From IMG/VR virus record IMGVR_UViG_3300020419_000859: a DNA stretch of 64,000 nt; one strand, written 5' to 3'. Shown one piece after another: positions 17,662 to 27,560 of this stretch. Below the pieces are notes generated by a model. The model did not search any database. It had not been told where the DNA came from and worked only from the letters and a program-made list of their open reading frames with translations. Every line of letters begins with the position of its first letter. The first letter of the stretch is position 1. The position numbers were made by a program, and so were the translations under genes. Source of the DNA: a virus.

Positions 17662-18606
17662 ATGACCGATTTTTTATGGGTTGAACAATACCGACCTAAA
17701 ACAATAGATGATTGTATTCTTTCAGATGATACCAAGAAAACCTTTCTAGAGTTTCTATCTAAAAAAGAATTACCAAATATGTTATTAACTGGTACTGCCG
17801 GTACTGGTAAGACAACTGTTGCACGTGCTTTATGTGATCAATTGAATTTAGATTATATTGTAATCAATGGTTCAGATGAAGGCCGTCAAATAGATACGTT
17901 GAGGAATAAGATAAAAAACTTTGCAACAACTGTATCATTTAATACAGAGTCTAAACACAAAGTAGTTATAATTGATGAGGCAGATTATATGAACGCCGAA
18001 TCAGTACAACCTGCTTTGAGAAATTTCATAGAAAGTTATTATAATAATTGTAGATTTATATTTACTTGTAATTATAAACATAAAATCATACCAGCCTTAC
18101 ATAGTCGTTGTACCGTAATTGATTTCAAAGTCACTAATGGTCAAGTTAAAAAGACTGCTATTGCTTTTATGAAACGTATGGAAGTTATATTGAAAGAACA
18201 AGATATTGAGTATGATAAAAAGATATTGGCTCAATTGATTGAAAAACATTATCCAGATTTTCGTAGAACTATAAACGAACTACAAAGATATTCTGTACGT
18301 GGTAAGATTGACAGTGGTATTCTATTTAATTTAAAGGAGACCGACTATAAAAATCTTATGAACAATCTAAAGAATAAAGAGTTTGACAGTATGAGAAAGT
18401 GGGTGGTAAACCATTTAGATATGGATTCTACAGACTTGTTCAGAGGTGTCTATGATAGTTTATATCAAAGTTTAGACCCTAAATCTGTACCTCAAGCAAT
18501 ATTAATTATCGCCGGATATCAGTATAAGGCGGCTTTTGTAGCAGACCATGAGATCAATACAATAGCTTGTTTAACTGAAATCATGGCCAACTGTAAATTC
18601 AAATGA
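17662..18606 (+). CDS. gp44: Clamp loader ATPase subunit gp44
   Basis: LWVEQYRP, GTAGTGKT, IIDEAD, SRC motif, PDFRR. Confidence 0.96.
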   Translation: MTDFLWVEQYRPKTIDDCILSDDTKKTFLEFLSKKELPNMLLTGTAGTGKTTVARALCDQLNLDYIVINGSDEGRQIDTLRNKIKNFATTVSFNTESKHKVVIIDEADYMNAESVQPALRNFIESYYNNCRFIFTCNYKHKIIPALHSRCTVIDFKVTNGQVKKTAIAFMKRMEVILKEQDIEYDKKILAQLIEKHYPDFRRTINELQRYSVRGKIDSGILFNLKETDYKNLMNNLKNKEFDSMRKWVVNHLDMDSTDLFRGVYDSLYQSLDPKSVPQAILIIAGYQYKAAFVADHEINTIACLTEIMANCKFK

Positions 18607-19268
18607 TTGCTTGGTTATACGGTTTCTTTCAGTTAGACATGAAATCAGGAATATATTTCCTGACAGTAGGTAAAACGACAGATAAAAAAGAACGAGAAGA
18701 TAATTATAAAACTACAAACGCCAATATTACTTTTGAATACTTAAAAGAAGTTAAACCTAACTTCTTAACTAAAGCTGAAGGCGAGCTTTTAGAACACTTA
18801 AAGAAATACTATAAATTGTGGAAGACCTCTACCGAACAGTTTGAGATAGGTACTACAATGGAAGATGTTCAAAAAGCAGAGAGAATACTATTAGAAGTGA
18901 TGGACAAGGTCAAAACTAAAAGTAATGATGTTAAACAAATTGACTATGAATATGGTACTCTTATGGGTACAAAAGACATTAGAGACGATAGAAAACCTTG
19001 TACTTATATTCCAGGAGAGGTGGCCATGATAGTTACCAGAGCTGGTGTTTTTGCTAAAGGCAAAAGATATAGTAAAGAACGCTCAAGGTTTTATTTAACT
19101 AAATACCAGAAAAAAGGCAGACGCCTTTTAAAATTACAGCAAGAACAGCGAGTACCGGTGAGCAACTATGCTTGGGATATAATACAAGTGGTTCAAGCAA
19201 ACGAAAGAGAAAAACAAAGACAACTAGAAGAAGACGAGAGAAAGTATGGCAAAAAGAACGCTGTTTAG
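18603..19268 (+). CDS. Putative GIY-YIG (T5orf172/MUG113-like) nuclease inserted between gp44 and gp62
   Basis: VGKTTDKKERE...AEGELLEHLKKY...EQFE resembles KIGxT...R...E..LH...EWF. Confidence 0.45.
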   Translation: MIAWLYGFFQLDMKSGIYFLTVGKTTDKKEREDNYKTTNANITFEYLKEVKPNFLTKAEGELLEHLKKYYKLWKTSTEQFEIGTTMEDVQKAERILLEVMDKVKTKSNDVKQIDYEYGTLMGTKDIRDDRKPCTYIPGEVAMIVTRAGVFAKGKRYSKERSRFYLTKYQKKGRRLLKLQQEQRVPVSNYAWDIIQVVQANEREKQRQLEEDERKYGKKNAV

Positions 19269-19410
19269 AGTATGTTTAGTAAAATTGAGAATGCTTTGGG
19301 CTGACATAAGAGGTCATCATGGAAAAGTTTGGGATTATGAGCCAGGCGAGTATTACATGGGCATGAATAAAGGCAAAAGAGACCACGAAAAACGACACGG
19401 AATTAGATGA
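19246..19410 (+). CDS. Small hypothetical protein, 54 aa (below the ORF-track cut-off)
   Basis: MAKRTLFRVCLVKLRMLWADIRGHHGKVWDYEPGEYYMG...; fills the gap before tRNA-Thr. Confidence 0.55.
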   Translation: MAKRTLFRVCLVKLRMLWADIRGHHGKVWDYEPGEYYMGMNKGKRDHEKRHGIR

Positions 19411-19418
19411 AAGGAATA

Positions 19419-19494
19419 GCCCTTTTAGCTCAGCTGGTAGAGCAACTGATTTGTAATCAGTAGGTCGTCTGTTCGACTCGGACAAAGGGCACCA
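19419..19494 (+). tRNA. tRNA-Thr(TGT)
   Basis: GCCCTTT/AAAGGGC acceptor, ACTGA-TTTGTAA-TCAGT anticodon arm, GTTCGACT T-loop, encoded CCA. Confidence 0.96.
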
Positions 19495-19502
19495 GAATTA
19501 TT

Positions 19503-19895
19503 ATGTACGAATTGAAAGATTATTTGAAGGCAATTAATGAGACAAAAGAAAAGCTTTTGGACTCCACCGATATCGCCTGGAAAAAGAAATACCCACCATA
19601 TGTAATCAACAAGTGTTTATCAATGTTTATTGACACACTTCCACATGCCAATGAAATGAACGGTTATCACTTCATGGATAAGGATATACAGTTTACATTT
19701 TTACTAAATAGTATAAGACCAAAGAAGCGTTTTGGAGGTAAGTGGATCAAACAACAAAAGCTGCATGATTTGGAAAATGTTAAGGAGTATTATGGTTATA
19801 GTAATGAGAAGGCAAAGCAGGCTTTACAAATACTCACAAAAGAACAATTAGAAAAGATTAAACAAGCCACATATAAAGGCGGGAGAACTAGATGA
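19503..19895 (+). CDS. gp62: Clamp loader small subunit gp62
   Basis: YPPYVINKCLS, ANEMN, RPKKRF, VKEYYGYSNEKA. Confidence 0.93.
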   Translation: MYELKDYLKAINETKEKLLDSTDIAWKKKYPPYVINKCLSMFIDTLPHANEMNGYHFMDKDIQFTFLLNSIRPKKRFGGKWIKQQKLHDLENVKEYYGYSNEKAKQALQILTKEQLEKIKQATYKGGRTR

Positions 19896-20335
19896 ATGAA
19901 GAAATTAAGTGGTCACAGGAAGACATGTTAGAGGTCACTCTAACTCAACCAGATGATTTTTTAAAAGTTAGAGAGACACTTACCAGAATTGGTGTCGCAA
20001 GTAGGAAAGACAAGACATTATTTCAATCTTGTCATATATTACACAAGCAAGGTAAATATTACATAGTACATTTTAAAGAGTTATTTGCTTTAGACGGAAA
20101 GAAAGCAACTCTTATTAATAACGATATACAACGTAGAAATACGATTGCAGTATTATTACAAGACTGGAAATTAATAGATATTGTCAACAAAGATTCGGCA
20201 ATGGAAAATAAGGCACCATTATCACAAATTAAAGTATTACCATTTAAAGAGAAAAAAGAGTGGATATTATCCGCTAAATATAACATAGGGAAAAAGGTAG
20301 TAAAAGAGACTGATAATGCAAATACCGAAGTTTAG
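19892..20335 (+). CDS. regA: Translational repressor RegA
   Basis: DDFLKVRETLTRIGVASRK...QSCHILHKQGKYYIVHFKELFALDG. Confidence 0.97.
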   Translation: MNEEIKWSQEDMLEVTLTQPDDFLKVRETLTRIGVASRKDKTLFQSCHILHKQGKYYIVHFKELFALDGKKATLINNDIQRRNTIAVLLQDWKLIDIVNKDSAMENKAPLSQIKVLPFKEKKEWILSAKYNIGKKVVKETDNANTEV

Positions 20336-21779
20336 AGATTACATAACAGAGAATACAAAGTCACGTAAAAATAAACCATTTACGGTGGCTATACTTACTA
20401 TAAACGATTCAGATAAACCTAATAAAGATTCTACTGTTGAACTTATAGAAAAAGCTTGTATAAAAAAGAAGATTAAATGTGTTATTGTAAACACTAAAAC
20501 GACAATCATAACAGGTAAAGACGAAGATAAAAAGACACTTACGGTCTATAATTACGATGGTAAGAACAGCGAACATACGTTTGTTGGTAAAGATACTCTT
20601 TGTATAACAAGAGGTGGTGCAGTAGAAGATGAGGCTGGCCTTTCTTTAATATCTGCCTTTCAAAATTCAGAATCATTTATGTTAAACACAAGAGCTTCTA
20701 TGCTTACTTGTGATAACAAATTAACATCAGCTTTATTATTTGAGAAGTTTGGTATACCTACACCGAGAACTGCTTTTATATCTAACGAAAAGAATATAAG
20801 AACAGGTTTAGATTTAATTGGTGGTAAATTTCCTGTAATATTAAAAACATTAACAGGTACACAAGGTGTTGGTGTAGTTAAGATTGAAAGTTATGAAGGC
20901 CTGGTTGCAACAGTACAGGCGATGTGGAAATTAGGTGCTGAACTACTAATACAAGAATATATGGAAACAAAGTTTGACGTAAGAACTTTTGTATTAGATA
21001 ACAAAATTATTGCAAGTACAAAAAGAGTACATAGCTCATATGACTTTAGATCAAATACACATAGAGGCGCTGAGGCAATGCCTTATATTTTAAGTGATGA
21101 AGAACACGAATTAGTTTTAAAAGCTTCAAGAGCTTCAAAAGCATATATGGTAGGAGTTGACCATATAGTAAACAATAAAAAACCATACATTTTAGAAATC
21201 AATGGTAGTCCAGGATCAGGTGCTGATTATCAAGGTTACCAATACAAAGATTATTATTCTGATCCAGAACCATCTGGTAGAATAGACGGCGAAAAAATGA
21301 TGGAATATCTGGTAGATTATATATCAGATAGAACTAACTGGGACAGACAATCACTAATAGAAAGTGGTTGGTTAGAAACGGTAGAATTAGAAGACGGTTT
21401 AAAAGTTAGGGCAAAATTTGATACGGGTAACGGAGCGGCTGCCTGTGCTTTACATGCCGATGAGATTTTAAGTAAAGAAAAAATTGTTAAATGGAAATAC
21501 GATGGTAAAACATATAGTAAACCAAGACATGGTATAAGTAAAATTTTTAGAGCAAATGCAGAGGGTGAAGAGCCATCTGAAACAAGACCAACGATTCTTA
21601 TGGATATTACCTTTAATGGTTTTACATATAAAGAGGTAGAAGTTGGTTTAGATAGTAGACCAAGAGCACATTCCGATCTACTAGTAAATAGAGAATTAAT
21701 GCGTCAAATGAATATTGGTGTCAACCCTAATAGAACGTTTGTATTAAGTAAAAGATTAAGACCGGTTGAAAAAGAATAA
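20316..21779 (+). CDS. RimK-like ATP-grasp ligase fused to a RimB-like aspartic protease domain
   Basis: CDNKL, GIPTPRT, GTQGVGV, IQEY, FRSNTHRG, LEINGSPG; C-terminal AKFDTGNG...LLVNR. Confidence 0.85.
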   Translation: MQIPKFRDYITENTKSRKNKPFTVAILTINDSDKPNKDSTVELIEKACIKKKIKCVIVNTKTTIITGKDEDKKTLTVYNYDGKNSEHTFVGKDTLCITRGGAVEDEAGLSLISAFQNSESFMLNTRASMLTCDNKLTSALLFEKFGIPTPRTAFISNEKNIRTGLDLIGGKFPVILKTLTGTQGVGVVKIESYEGLVATVQAMWKLGAELLIQEYMETKFDVRTFVLDNKIIASTKRVHSSYDFRSNTHRGAEAMPYILSDEEHELVLKASRASKAYMVGVDHIVNNKKPYILEINGSPGSGADYQGYQYKDYYSDPEPSGRIDGEKMMEYLVDYISDRTNWDRQSLIESGWLETVELEDGLKVRAKFDTGNGAAACALHADEILSKEKIVKWKYDGKTYSKPRHGISKIFRANAEGEEPSETRPTILMDITFNGFTYKEVEVGLDSRPRAHSDLLVNRELMRQMNIGVNPNRTFVLSKRLRPVEKE

Positions 21780-21827
21780 CATTGCCATTTCACAGGTTAT
21801 ATGTTATAAAGAACTATAGGAGATATT

Positions 21828-22133
21828 ATGGACAAAGTGAAAATATTAAGACTATCTACAGGCGAAGATGTAATTGCCAAAGTAGGTGAAAACGACCAAG
21901 GAGTTTCTCTAAAAAACCCTTTCGTAATCATACCTCAACAATCAGCACCAGGACAACCAATACAATTGATGATGTCACTGTACAATGCGTTTGGCAAAAA
22001 AGATACTGTCACTGTAGGTAAAGATAAAATTGTTTTTATGACAGAACCTAAAGACAATATTTTAAAATCATATGAGCAAAACACAAGCTCAATACTACAG
22101 CCAAAGAAAAGTCTAATTACAGAGGCAAATTGA
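21828..22133 (+). CDS. Conserved hypothetical protein (Sm-like fold suspected)
   Basis: ILRLSTGEDVIA; resembles 5350..5796; SD and TTGCCA promoter upstream. Confidence 0.65.
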   Translation: MDKVKILRLSTGEDVIAKVGENDQGVSLKNPFVIIPQQSAPGQPIQLMMSLYNAFGKKDTVTVGKDKIVFMTEPKDNILKSYEQNTSSILQPKKSLITEAN

Positions 22134-22462
22134 TAACGGTAAATTTTATAAGGTCTAATAACGAAAAGATCCAAGTAAAAGTACCAGTAGGTTTCACTGT
22201 AATGGAGGCGGCTAAAGAAGCTGCTTTAGATGAAATACCTGCTGATTGTGGTGGTTGCTGTGCTTGTGGTACTTGTCACGTATATGTAAACAATGCCTGG
22301 ATTGCCAAATTAGGTGAAATAGATTATAATAGTACTGAACAATCATTATTAGAATATGAAAAAGCATACAAGAAAGGTATTAGTAGATTAAGTTGTCAAA
22401 TTCAATTAGAAAAAGAACATGATGGCATAACTTTACATTTACTTGACGATGAACTTTTATAA
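22130..22462 (+). CDS. fdx: 2Fe-2S ferredoxin (ISC/adrenodoxin type)
   Basis: CGGCCACGTCHV...SRLSCQI. Confidence 0.92.
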   Translation: MITVNFIRSNNEKIQVKVPVGFTVMEAAKEAALDEIPADCGGCCACGTCHVYVNNAWIAKLGEIDYNSTEQSLLEYEKAYKKGISRLSCQIQLEKEHDGITLHLLDDELL

Positions 22463-24932
22463 ATCAGTTATAGAACACAAAGGTAAACTTCTAGTAAGAG
22501 GTATACATGATGGCAAAGACTATAAAGAAAAGATAGACTTTGGTCCTACATTATATTCACTTACTAAAAATCAATCTAAATTTAAAACTTTAGATAATAG
22601 AAATCTAAATCCTATAAAATTTAAAAACATTAATGACGCTAGAAGATTTAGACGTGATATTGCAACTCAAAACTCTCCTATCTATGGTCTAGAGAGATTT
22701 CATTATCAATATATAAACGAACAATTTCCTAATAAGATTGATTGGGATAAAAAATATATTAAAATATTTACAATAGATATAGAAACTACCTGTGAAGATG
22801 GTTTTCCTGATGTAGAAAATCCAATAGAAGAATTACTTTGTATTACAGTTAAAAATCAAACTAACAAACAAATATTAACATGGGGAACTGGTGACTATCA
22901 TACAGATAGAACAGATGTGACTTATGTAAAATGTAAATCAGAAAATCATTTACTTATGGAGTTTATGAAATTTTGGCTAAAAAATTATCCAGACGTTATC
23001 ACTGGTTGGAATACTAAATTTTTTGACTTACCTTACTTGATGAATAGAATTAAATTGGTTGCAAATGAAAAAGTTGCAAACAAAATGTCGCCTTGGAATA
23101 TGATTGAAAAGAACGAGATTATGGTAAGAGGTAGACCACAAACAACATATACTTTAAAAGGTATTGTAATGTTAGATTATCTAGATTGTTATAGATGGTT
23201 TATACCAACAAGACAAGAAAGTTATAAACTAGATTATATTGGCGAAATAGAACTAGGTAAAAACAAGAACGAAAATCCTTATGATACATTTAAAGATTTT
23301 TACACAAAAGATTTTCAAAAATTTATTGATTACAACATACAAGACGTAGAAATTGTTGACGCATTAGAAGATAAACTTGGTTTGATTGAACTAGCATTAA
23401 CTGTTGCATATGAATCAAAAGTAAACTATGATGATATATTTTCACAAGTAAGAGTGTGGGATACTTTAATTGCTAATCATTTATTGGCAAAAAATATTTG
23501 TATACCACCAAGAGAAGAACACGATAAAGATACAAAATATGAGGGTGCCTACGTCAAGGATCCAACTGTAGGTCAGCATAAGTGGGTATGTTCGTTTGAT
23601 ATTAACTCACTATATCCACATATCATTATACAATACAATATATCACCAGAGAAGATTATAGGCCATGACGGATCAGGAATATCTGTAAATAAAATGTTAA
23701 AAGGTTCAATAGACTTATCTCATTTAAAAAATGAACATGCTTGTATAACACCTAACGGTGCAAAGTTTAAAAATGATAGTCAAGGTTTCTTACCTGAAAT
23801 GATGGAAACAATGTACAATGAGCGTGTGATATATAAGAAAAGAATGATCAAGGCTAAAAAAGAATATCAAAAAACACCAACACCAGAATTACAAAGAGAA
23901 ATTGCCAGATGTCATAATATTCAGTGGGCAAGAAAGATTGCCTTAAATTCAGCTTATGGTGCAGTTGGTAATCAATACTTTAGATTTTATGATGTAAGAC
24001 AAGCAAGTGGTATTACTACAGCAGGTCAATTTATTATTCGTTTCATTGAGGAAAAAGTAAATGGATATATGAATAAGATATTACAAACAGAGCATGATTA
24101 TATTGTGGCCTCTGATACAGATAGTATCTATGTGACATTAGATAAACTTGTAGAACAAACATGTAAAGGTAAAGATAACGAACAAATATGTAATTTTATT
24201 GACAGAGTTGTCAATAGTAGATTAGAACCATATATTGAAAAGTGTTTTTCAGAATTGGCTGAATATTCAAATGCATTTAAAAATTGTATGGTAATGAAAC
24301 GAGAAGTAATCGCCAACAAAGGCATATGGGTCGCAAAGAAAAGATATATGTTAAACGTATTAGATGACGAGGGTGTTAGACTTTCAGAACCTAAATTAAA
24401 GATTATGGGTATTGAGGCAGTTAAGTCTTCAACACCACAAGTTTGTAGAACTAAAATTAAAGAGGCAATAAAAATTATAATGAATAAAGACGAAGAAACT
24501 TTACAAAATTATATTGCAGAATTTAAAAAAGAGTTTGACGAACTACCACCAGAGGCAATTGCTTTTCCTAGATCATGTAATAATATTCACAAGTATAAAA
24601 ACCCAGCGACAATATTCAGTAAAGGAACACCAATACATGTAAAAGGTTCTCTAATATATAATCATAAGTTAAGAGAAATGAAATTACAAAACAAATATCC
24701 TTACATACAAGAGGGTGATAAGATTAAATTTATAAAACTAATTGAGGCAAATCCATTTAGATTTGATGTCATTAGTTATATTACAACTCTTCCACAAGAG
24801 TTTGATTTATTAAAATATATAGATCGTGAAACACAATTTGAAAAGACTTTCCTAGACCCTATGAGGTTTATATTGCAATCAATTGGTTGGTCGCAAGAAA
24901 AGAAAGCAAGTTTGGAGGCATTTTTCGGATGA
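22449..24932 (+). CDS. gp43: Family B DNA polymerase gp43
   Basis: DIET exonuclease motif, FDINSLYP, KIALNSAYG, SDTDS, KKRY; no intein or intron apparent. Confidence 0.98.
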   Translation: MNFYKSVIEHKGKLLVRGIHDGKDYKEKIDFGPTLYSLTKNQSKFKTLDNRNLNPIKFKNINDARRFRRDIATQNSPIYGLERFHYQYINEQFPNKIDWDKKYIKIFTIDIETTCEDGFPDVENPIEELLCITVKNQTNKQILTWGTGDYHTDRTDVTYVKCKSENHLLMEFMKFWLKNYPDVITGWNTKFFDLPYLMNRIKLVANEKVANKMSPWNMIEKNEIMVRGRPQTTYTLKGIVMLDYLDCYRWFIPTRQESYKLDYIGEIELGKNKNENPYDTFKDFYTKDFQKFIDYNIQDVEIVDALEDKLGLIELALTVAYESKVNYDDIFSQVRVWDTLIANHLLAKNICIPPREEHDKDTKYEGAYVKDPTVGQHKWVCSFDINSLYPHIIIQYNISPEKIIGHDGSGISVNKMLKGSIDLSHLKNEHACITPNGAKFKNDSQGFLPEMMETMYNERVIYKKRMIKAKKEYQKTPTPELQREIARCHNIQWARKIALNSAYGAVGNQYFRFYDVRQASGITTAGQFIIRFIEEKVNGYMNKILQTEHDYIVASDTDSIYVTLDKLVEQTCKGKDNEQICNFIDRVVNSRLEPYIEKCFSELAEYSNAFKNCMVMKREVIANKGIWVAKKRYMLNVLDDEGVRLSEPKLKIMGIEAVKSSTPQVCRTKIKEAIKIIMNKDEETLQNYIAEFKKEFDELPPEAIAFPRSCNNIHKYKNPATIFSKGTPIHVKGSLIYNHKLREMKLQNKYPYIQEGDKIKFIKLIEANPFRFDVISYITTLPQEFDLLKYIDRETQFEKTFLDPMRFILQSIGWSQEKKASLEAFFG

Positions 24933-25414
24933 TAAAATATAAAGATAAACTAGAAGATTTTTTTAAATGGGTTAAAGGTACAGAATTAGTTGAACTAGAT
25001 GACATAGATGTATCAGAGGATCCTGTAAGACCTGAATTAACTTTGGGTTTTAGAATAATGCATGGTAGAAAAATATTTGGCCTAAAATATAATGATGAGA
25101 TAGAGGCTATTGTTTGTGTTGCATTGTGTCCTGAAATACCATATACTGTAAGAGAAATGGATTACATGTCACAAGCAGCCAATCAAGATGGTCAACGTGG
25201 CGAGGTAGTGGTTGCATATACTGTATGGTCTCGTAAGAGAGGTGCAGGTAGAGAGATTATTTTAAAATTAAAAGAATGGGCTATACAAAATAAGTTTAAA
25301 AGATTGGTAACATTATCACCACTTACACCTATGGCCACGCACTTTCACATTAAAAACGGTGCAAAACAAGTACATATAAACGATGAGACTCAAAATTTTG
25401 AATACAAACTATGA
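24929..25414 (+). CDS. GNAT-fold-like hypothetical protein
   Basis: AYTVWSRKRGAGREII (acyl-CoA-binding motif A-like), VTLSP...ATHFHIKNGA. Confidence 0.55.
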   Translation: MIKYKDKLEDFFKWVKGTELVELDDIDVSEDPVRPELTLGFRIMHGRKIFGLKYNDEIEAIVCVALCPEIPYTVREMDYMSQAANQDGQRGEVVVAYTVWSRKRGAGREIILKLKEWAIQNKFKRLVTLSPLTPMATHFHIKNGAKQVHINDETQNFEYKL

Positions 25415-25566
25415 AAGCATTAGACATATCATTTATTTTTTTAATAACTTTACATTGGGCATTTTCTATGGGAATGTTGTTCGCTGTAAAAACCACTTGG
25501 TCAATACCAAGATTTGTATTGATATGTTTAATGACTAGGTATTTAATTTTGAGTTATGGATATTAA
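25411..25566 (+). CDS. Small hydrophobic protein, 51 aa (below the ORF-track cut-off)
   Basis: MKALDISFIFLITLHWAFSMGMLFAVKTTWSIPRFVLICLMTRYLILSYGY; ATGA overlap with the upstream gene. Confidence 0.6.
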   Translation: MKALDISFIFLITLHWAFSMGMLFAVKTTWSIPRFVLICLMTRYLILSYGY

Positions 25567-26107
25567 AAAGAAATATAATATAATTTACGCTGATCCTCCT
25601 TGGCACTTTCAAAACTATAATAATGAAAGCGCTCAGACAAATCCTGATAAACATTATCCTACTATGACTATGAAAGACATAGAGAACTTACCAATTGGAG
25701 ATATTGCAGATAAAGATTGTGTATTGTTTATGTGGTGTACCGATCCTTTACTACACAAACAGATACCATTGGTAGAGAAGTGGGGATTTGAATACAAGAC
25801 CGTAGGCTTTACGTGGGTGAAGACAAACAAAAACAGACTTAAAAATTATTACTTTAAAGGTCCAGGTTATTGGACAAGAGCCAATACAGAAACTTGTATA
25901 CTTGCGACAAAAGGTAAACCAAAGAGAGTAGGTGCAAACGTAGATAGATTGGTTGTAGAAGAACGTAGAGAACATAGTAGAAAACCAGATAGAATTAGAA
26001 ACGATATAGTAAAATTATGTGGTGACTTACCACGTATAGAGTTATTTGCTAGAACTTCTATGCCTGGTTGGGATGTATGGGGAAACCAGGTTGACAAATT
26101 TAATTAA
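25556..26107 (+). CDS. MT-A70 family N6-adenine methyltransferase
   Basis: IIYADPPW, LFMW, WGFEYKT, HSRKP, IELFAR, GWDVWGNQ. Confidence 0.93.
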   Translation: MDIKKKYNIIYADPPWHFQNYNNESAQTNPDKHYPTMTMKDIENLPIGDIADKDCVLFMWCTDPLLHKQIPLVEKWGFEYKTVGFTWVKTNKNRLKNYYFKGPGYWTRANTETCILATKGKPKRVGANVDRLVVEERREHSRKPDRIRNDIVKLCGDLPRIELFARTSMPGWDVWGNQVDKFN

Positions 26108-26119
26108 TTGTGGTATAAT
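26091..26119 (+). promoter_or_regulatory. Consensus sigma70 promoter (leaderless)
   Basis: TTGACA-N17-TATAAT with TGn; ATG at 26126 is 6 nt downstream. Confidence 0.75.
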
Positions 26120-26125
26120 ATGAAA

Positions 26126-27223
26126 ATGAAAACTCTAAATCAAGAACAAGCATTATATTGTGCTGGTATATTCAACGATTATTTTGAGAAGTTTAGTCGT
26201 ATAGATGAATATATGAGAGATCAAAAGTTATCTCAAATAGAACATGTACCAACGGCTTTGCCTGGTATGGGTTTAGAGGGTAGTATATTTTCTAATTTTG
26301 ATATGTCGCCTAAAGACATGGACTTTGAAATATTAGAACCAGATAATGAAACATACGATACACTATTAAACATGACATCATCACATACAAATATGTCAAG
26401 TGTACCTGGTAAAAATTTAAAAATCGCAGTGAGAGAAAAGAATAGTGGCCAATGGGTAGGTTTTATAAGATGTGGATCTCCTGTTATTAATATGAAACCA
26501 AGAAATGAATTGTTAACTCACGTACCAGAATTAACAAGTTTCAATAAAACTTCTATCATGGGCTTTGTCATAGTACCAACACAACCTTTCGGTTATAATT
26601 ACCTTGGTGGTAAACTATTGGCTGCTATATGTTGTTCTCATACAGTTAGAGAAAAGTTAAATGCAAAATATGGTATGAACTTATGTTTGTTTGAAACTAC
26701 AAGTTTATATGGTAATAGTAAATCATCTAGTCAATATGATGGTATGAAACCATATTTAAGATATAAAGGTTTAACTGATAGTGATTTTATACCTTTGATA
26801 CATGGTAAACCTTTCCATGATCTCGCAACATTTGTTGAAAACAATGTAGGCAAACTTATTAAAGATGACGCTTCTAGTAGAAAGTTAAAACTAACTACAG
26901 CGATTATTGGTTTAGTAAAAAGAAGTTTAGATAAAAGTAATTTAGAAAGATTTAATACAACTATTAGTAATGCTAAAAAGTTGACAGAAAGAAAAAGATA
27001 TTACGTTAGTGATTATGGTATCAAGAACTATCTAGATATAGTAAAAGGTAATACTAGCGACATTATAAAAGGCGATAATTGGGATAAATTTCACATAAAT
27101 AATATTATAGATTGGTGGAAAAAGAAAGCTGAAAATCGTTATAACAAACTGAAACAAGAAGATAGATTAAGAACTGAATTAGAAGTATGGACACCAGACG
27201 CACAAATAGACATAATACGATAA
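26126..27223 (+). CDS. DUF4338/DruA-like protein, copy 2
   Basis: IVPTQPFGYNYLGGKLLA, NAKYG, FETTSLYG...SQYDG; paralog of 10123..11475. Confidence 0.65.
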   Translation: MKTLNQEQALYCAGIFNDYFEKFSRIDEYMRDQKLSQIEHVPTALPGMGLEGSIFSNFDMSPKDMDFEILEPDNETYDTLLNMTSSHTNMSSVPGKNLKIAVREKNSGQWVGFIRCGSPVINMKPRNELLTHVPELTSFNKTSIMGFVIVPTQPFGYNYLGGKLLAAICCSHTVREKLNAKYGMNLCLFETTSLYGNSKSSSQYDGMKPYLRYKGLTDSDFIPLIHGKPFHDLATFVENNVGKLIKDDASSRKLKLTTAIIGLVKRSLDKSNLERFNTTISNAKKLTERKRYYVSDYGIKNYLDIVKGNTSDIIKGDNWDKFHINNIIDWWKKKAENRYNKLKQEDRLRTELEVWTPDAQIDIIR

Positions 27224-27525
27224 TGGCAATTTCAGAAAAGTCATACAAAGACCTAAAAGAATATTGGGACTACCAAAGAATACGAGAGTATAATTGGGAG
27301 AAACTATGTGAGGTGTGTAATAATATATCTAATAATTTTGTTTTTAGTAATGGTAAACATGGTGATGAATTGATTGAAAGTCTTTGGAACAAGATTGATC
27401 CTTCAGAGTTTGAGAAACCACCAAAAGATTGGGTACCAAAAGACAAGAAGTTGAGACTGTGGAATGAAGGAGAGCCTAAGCCAATCAGACTAAAATTTAA
27501 GGCATTTAAGACTTCCCAGGCTTGA
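27223..27525 (+). CDS. Hypothetical protein
   Basis: ATG coupled to the upstream stop (TAATG); MAISEKSYKDLKEYWDYQR. Confidence 0.6.
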   Translation: MAISEKSYKDLKEYWDYQRIREYNWEKLCEVCNNISNNFVFSNGKHGDELIESLWNKIDPSEFEKPPKDWVPKDKKLRLWNEGEPKPIRLKFKAFKTSQA

Positions 27526-27560
27526 CAATTTAAAGTAAATAATATATAGTAGGAGAAATT

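Noticed and set aside
19276-19485. Minus-strand 69-aa ORF (MSESNRRPTDYKSVALPAEL)
   Set aside because: It is the reverse-complement translation of tRNA-Thr, a well-known spurious ORF type.
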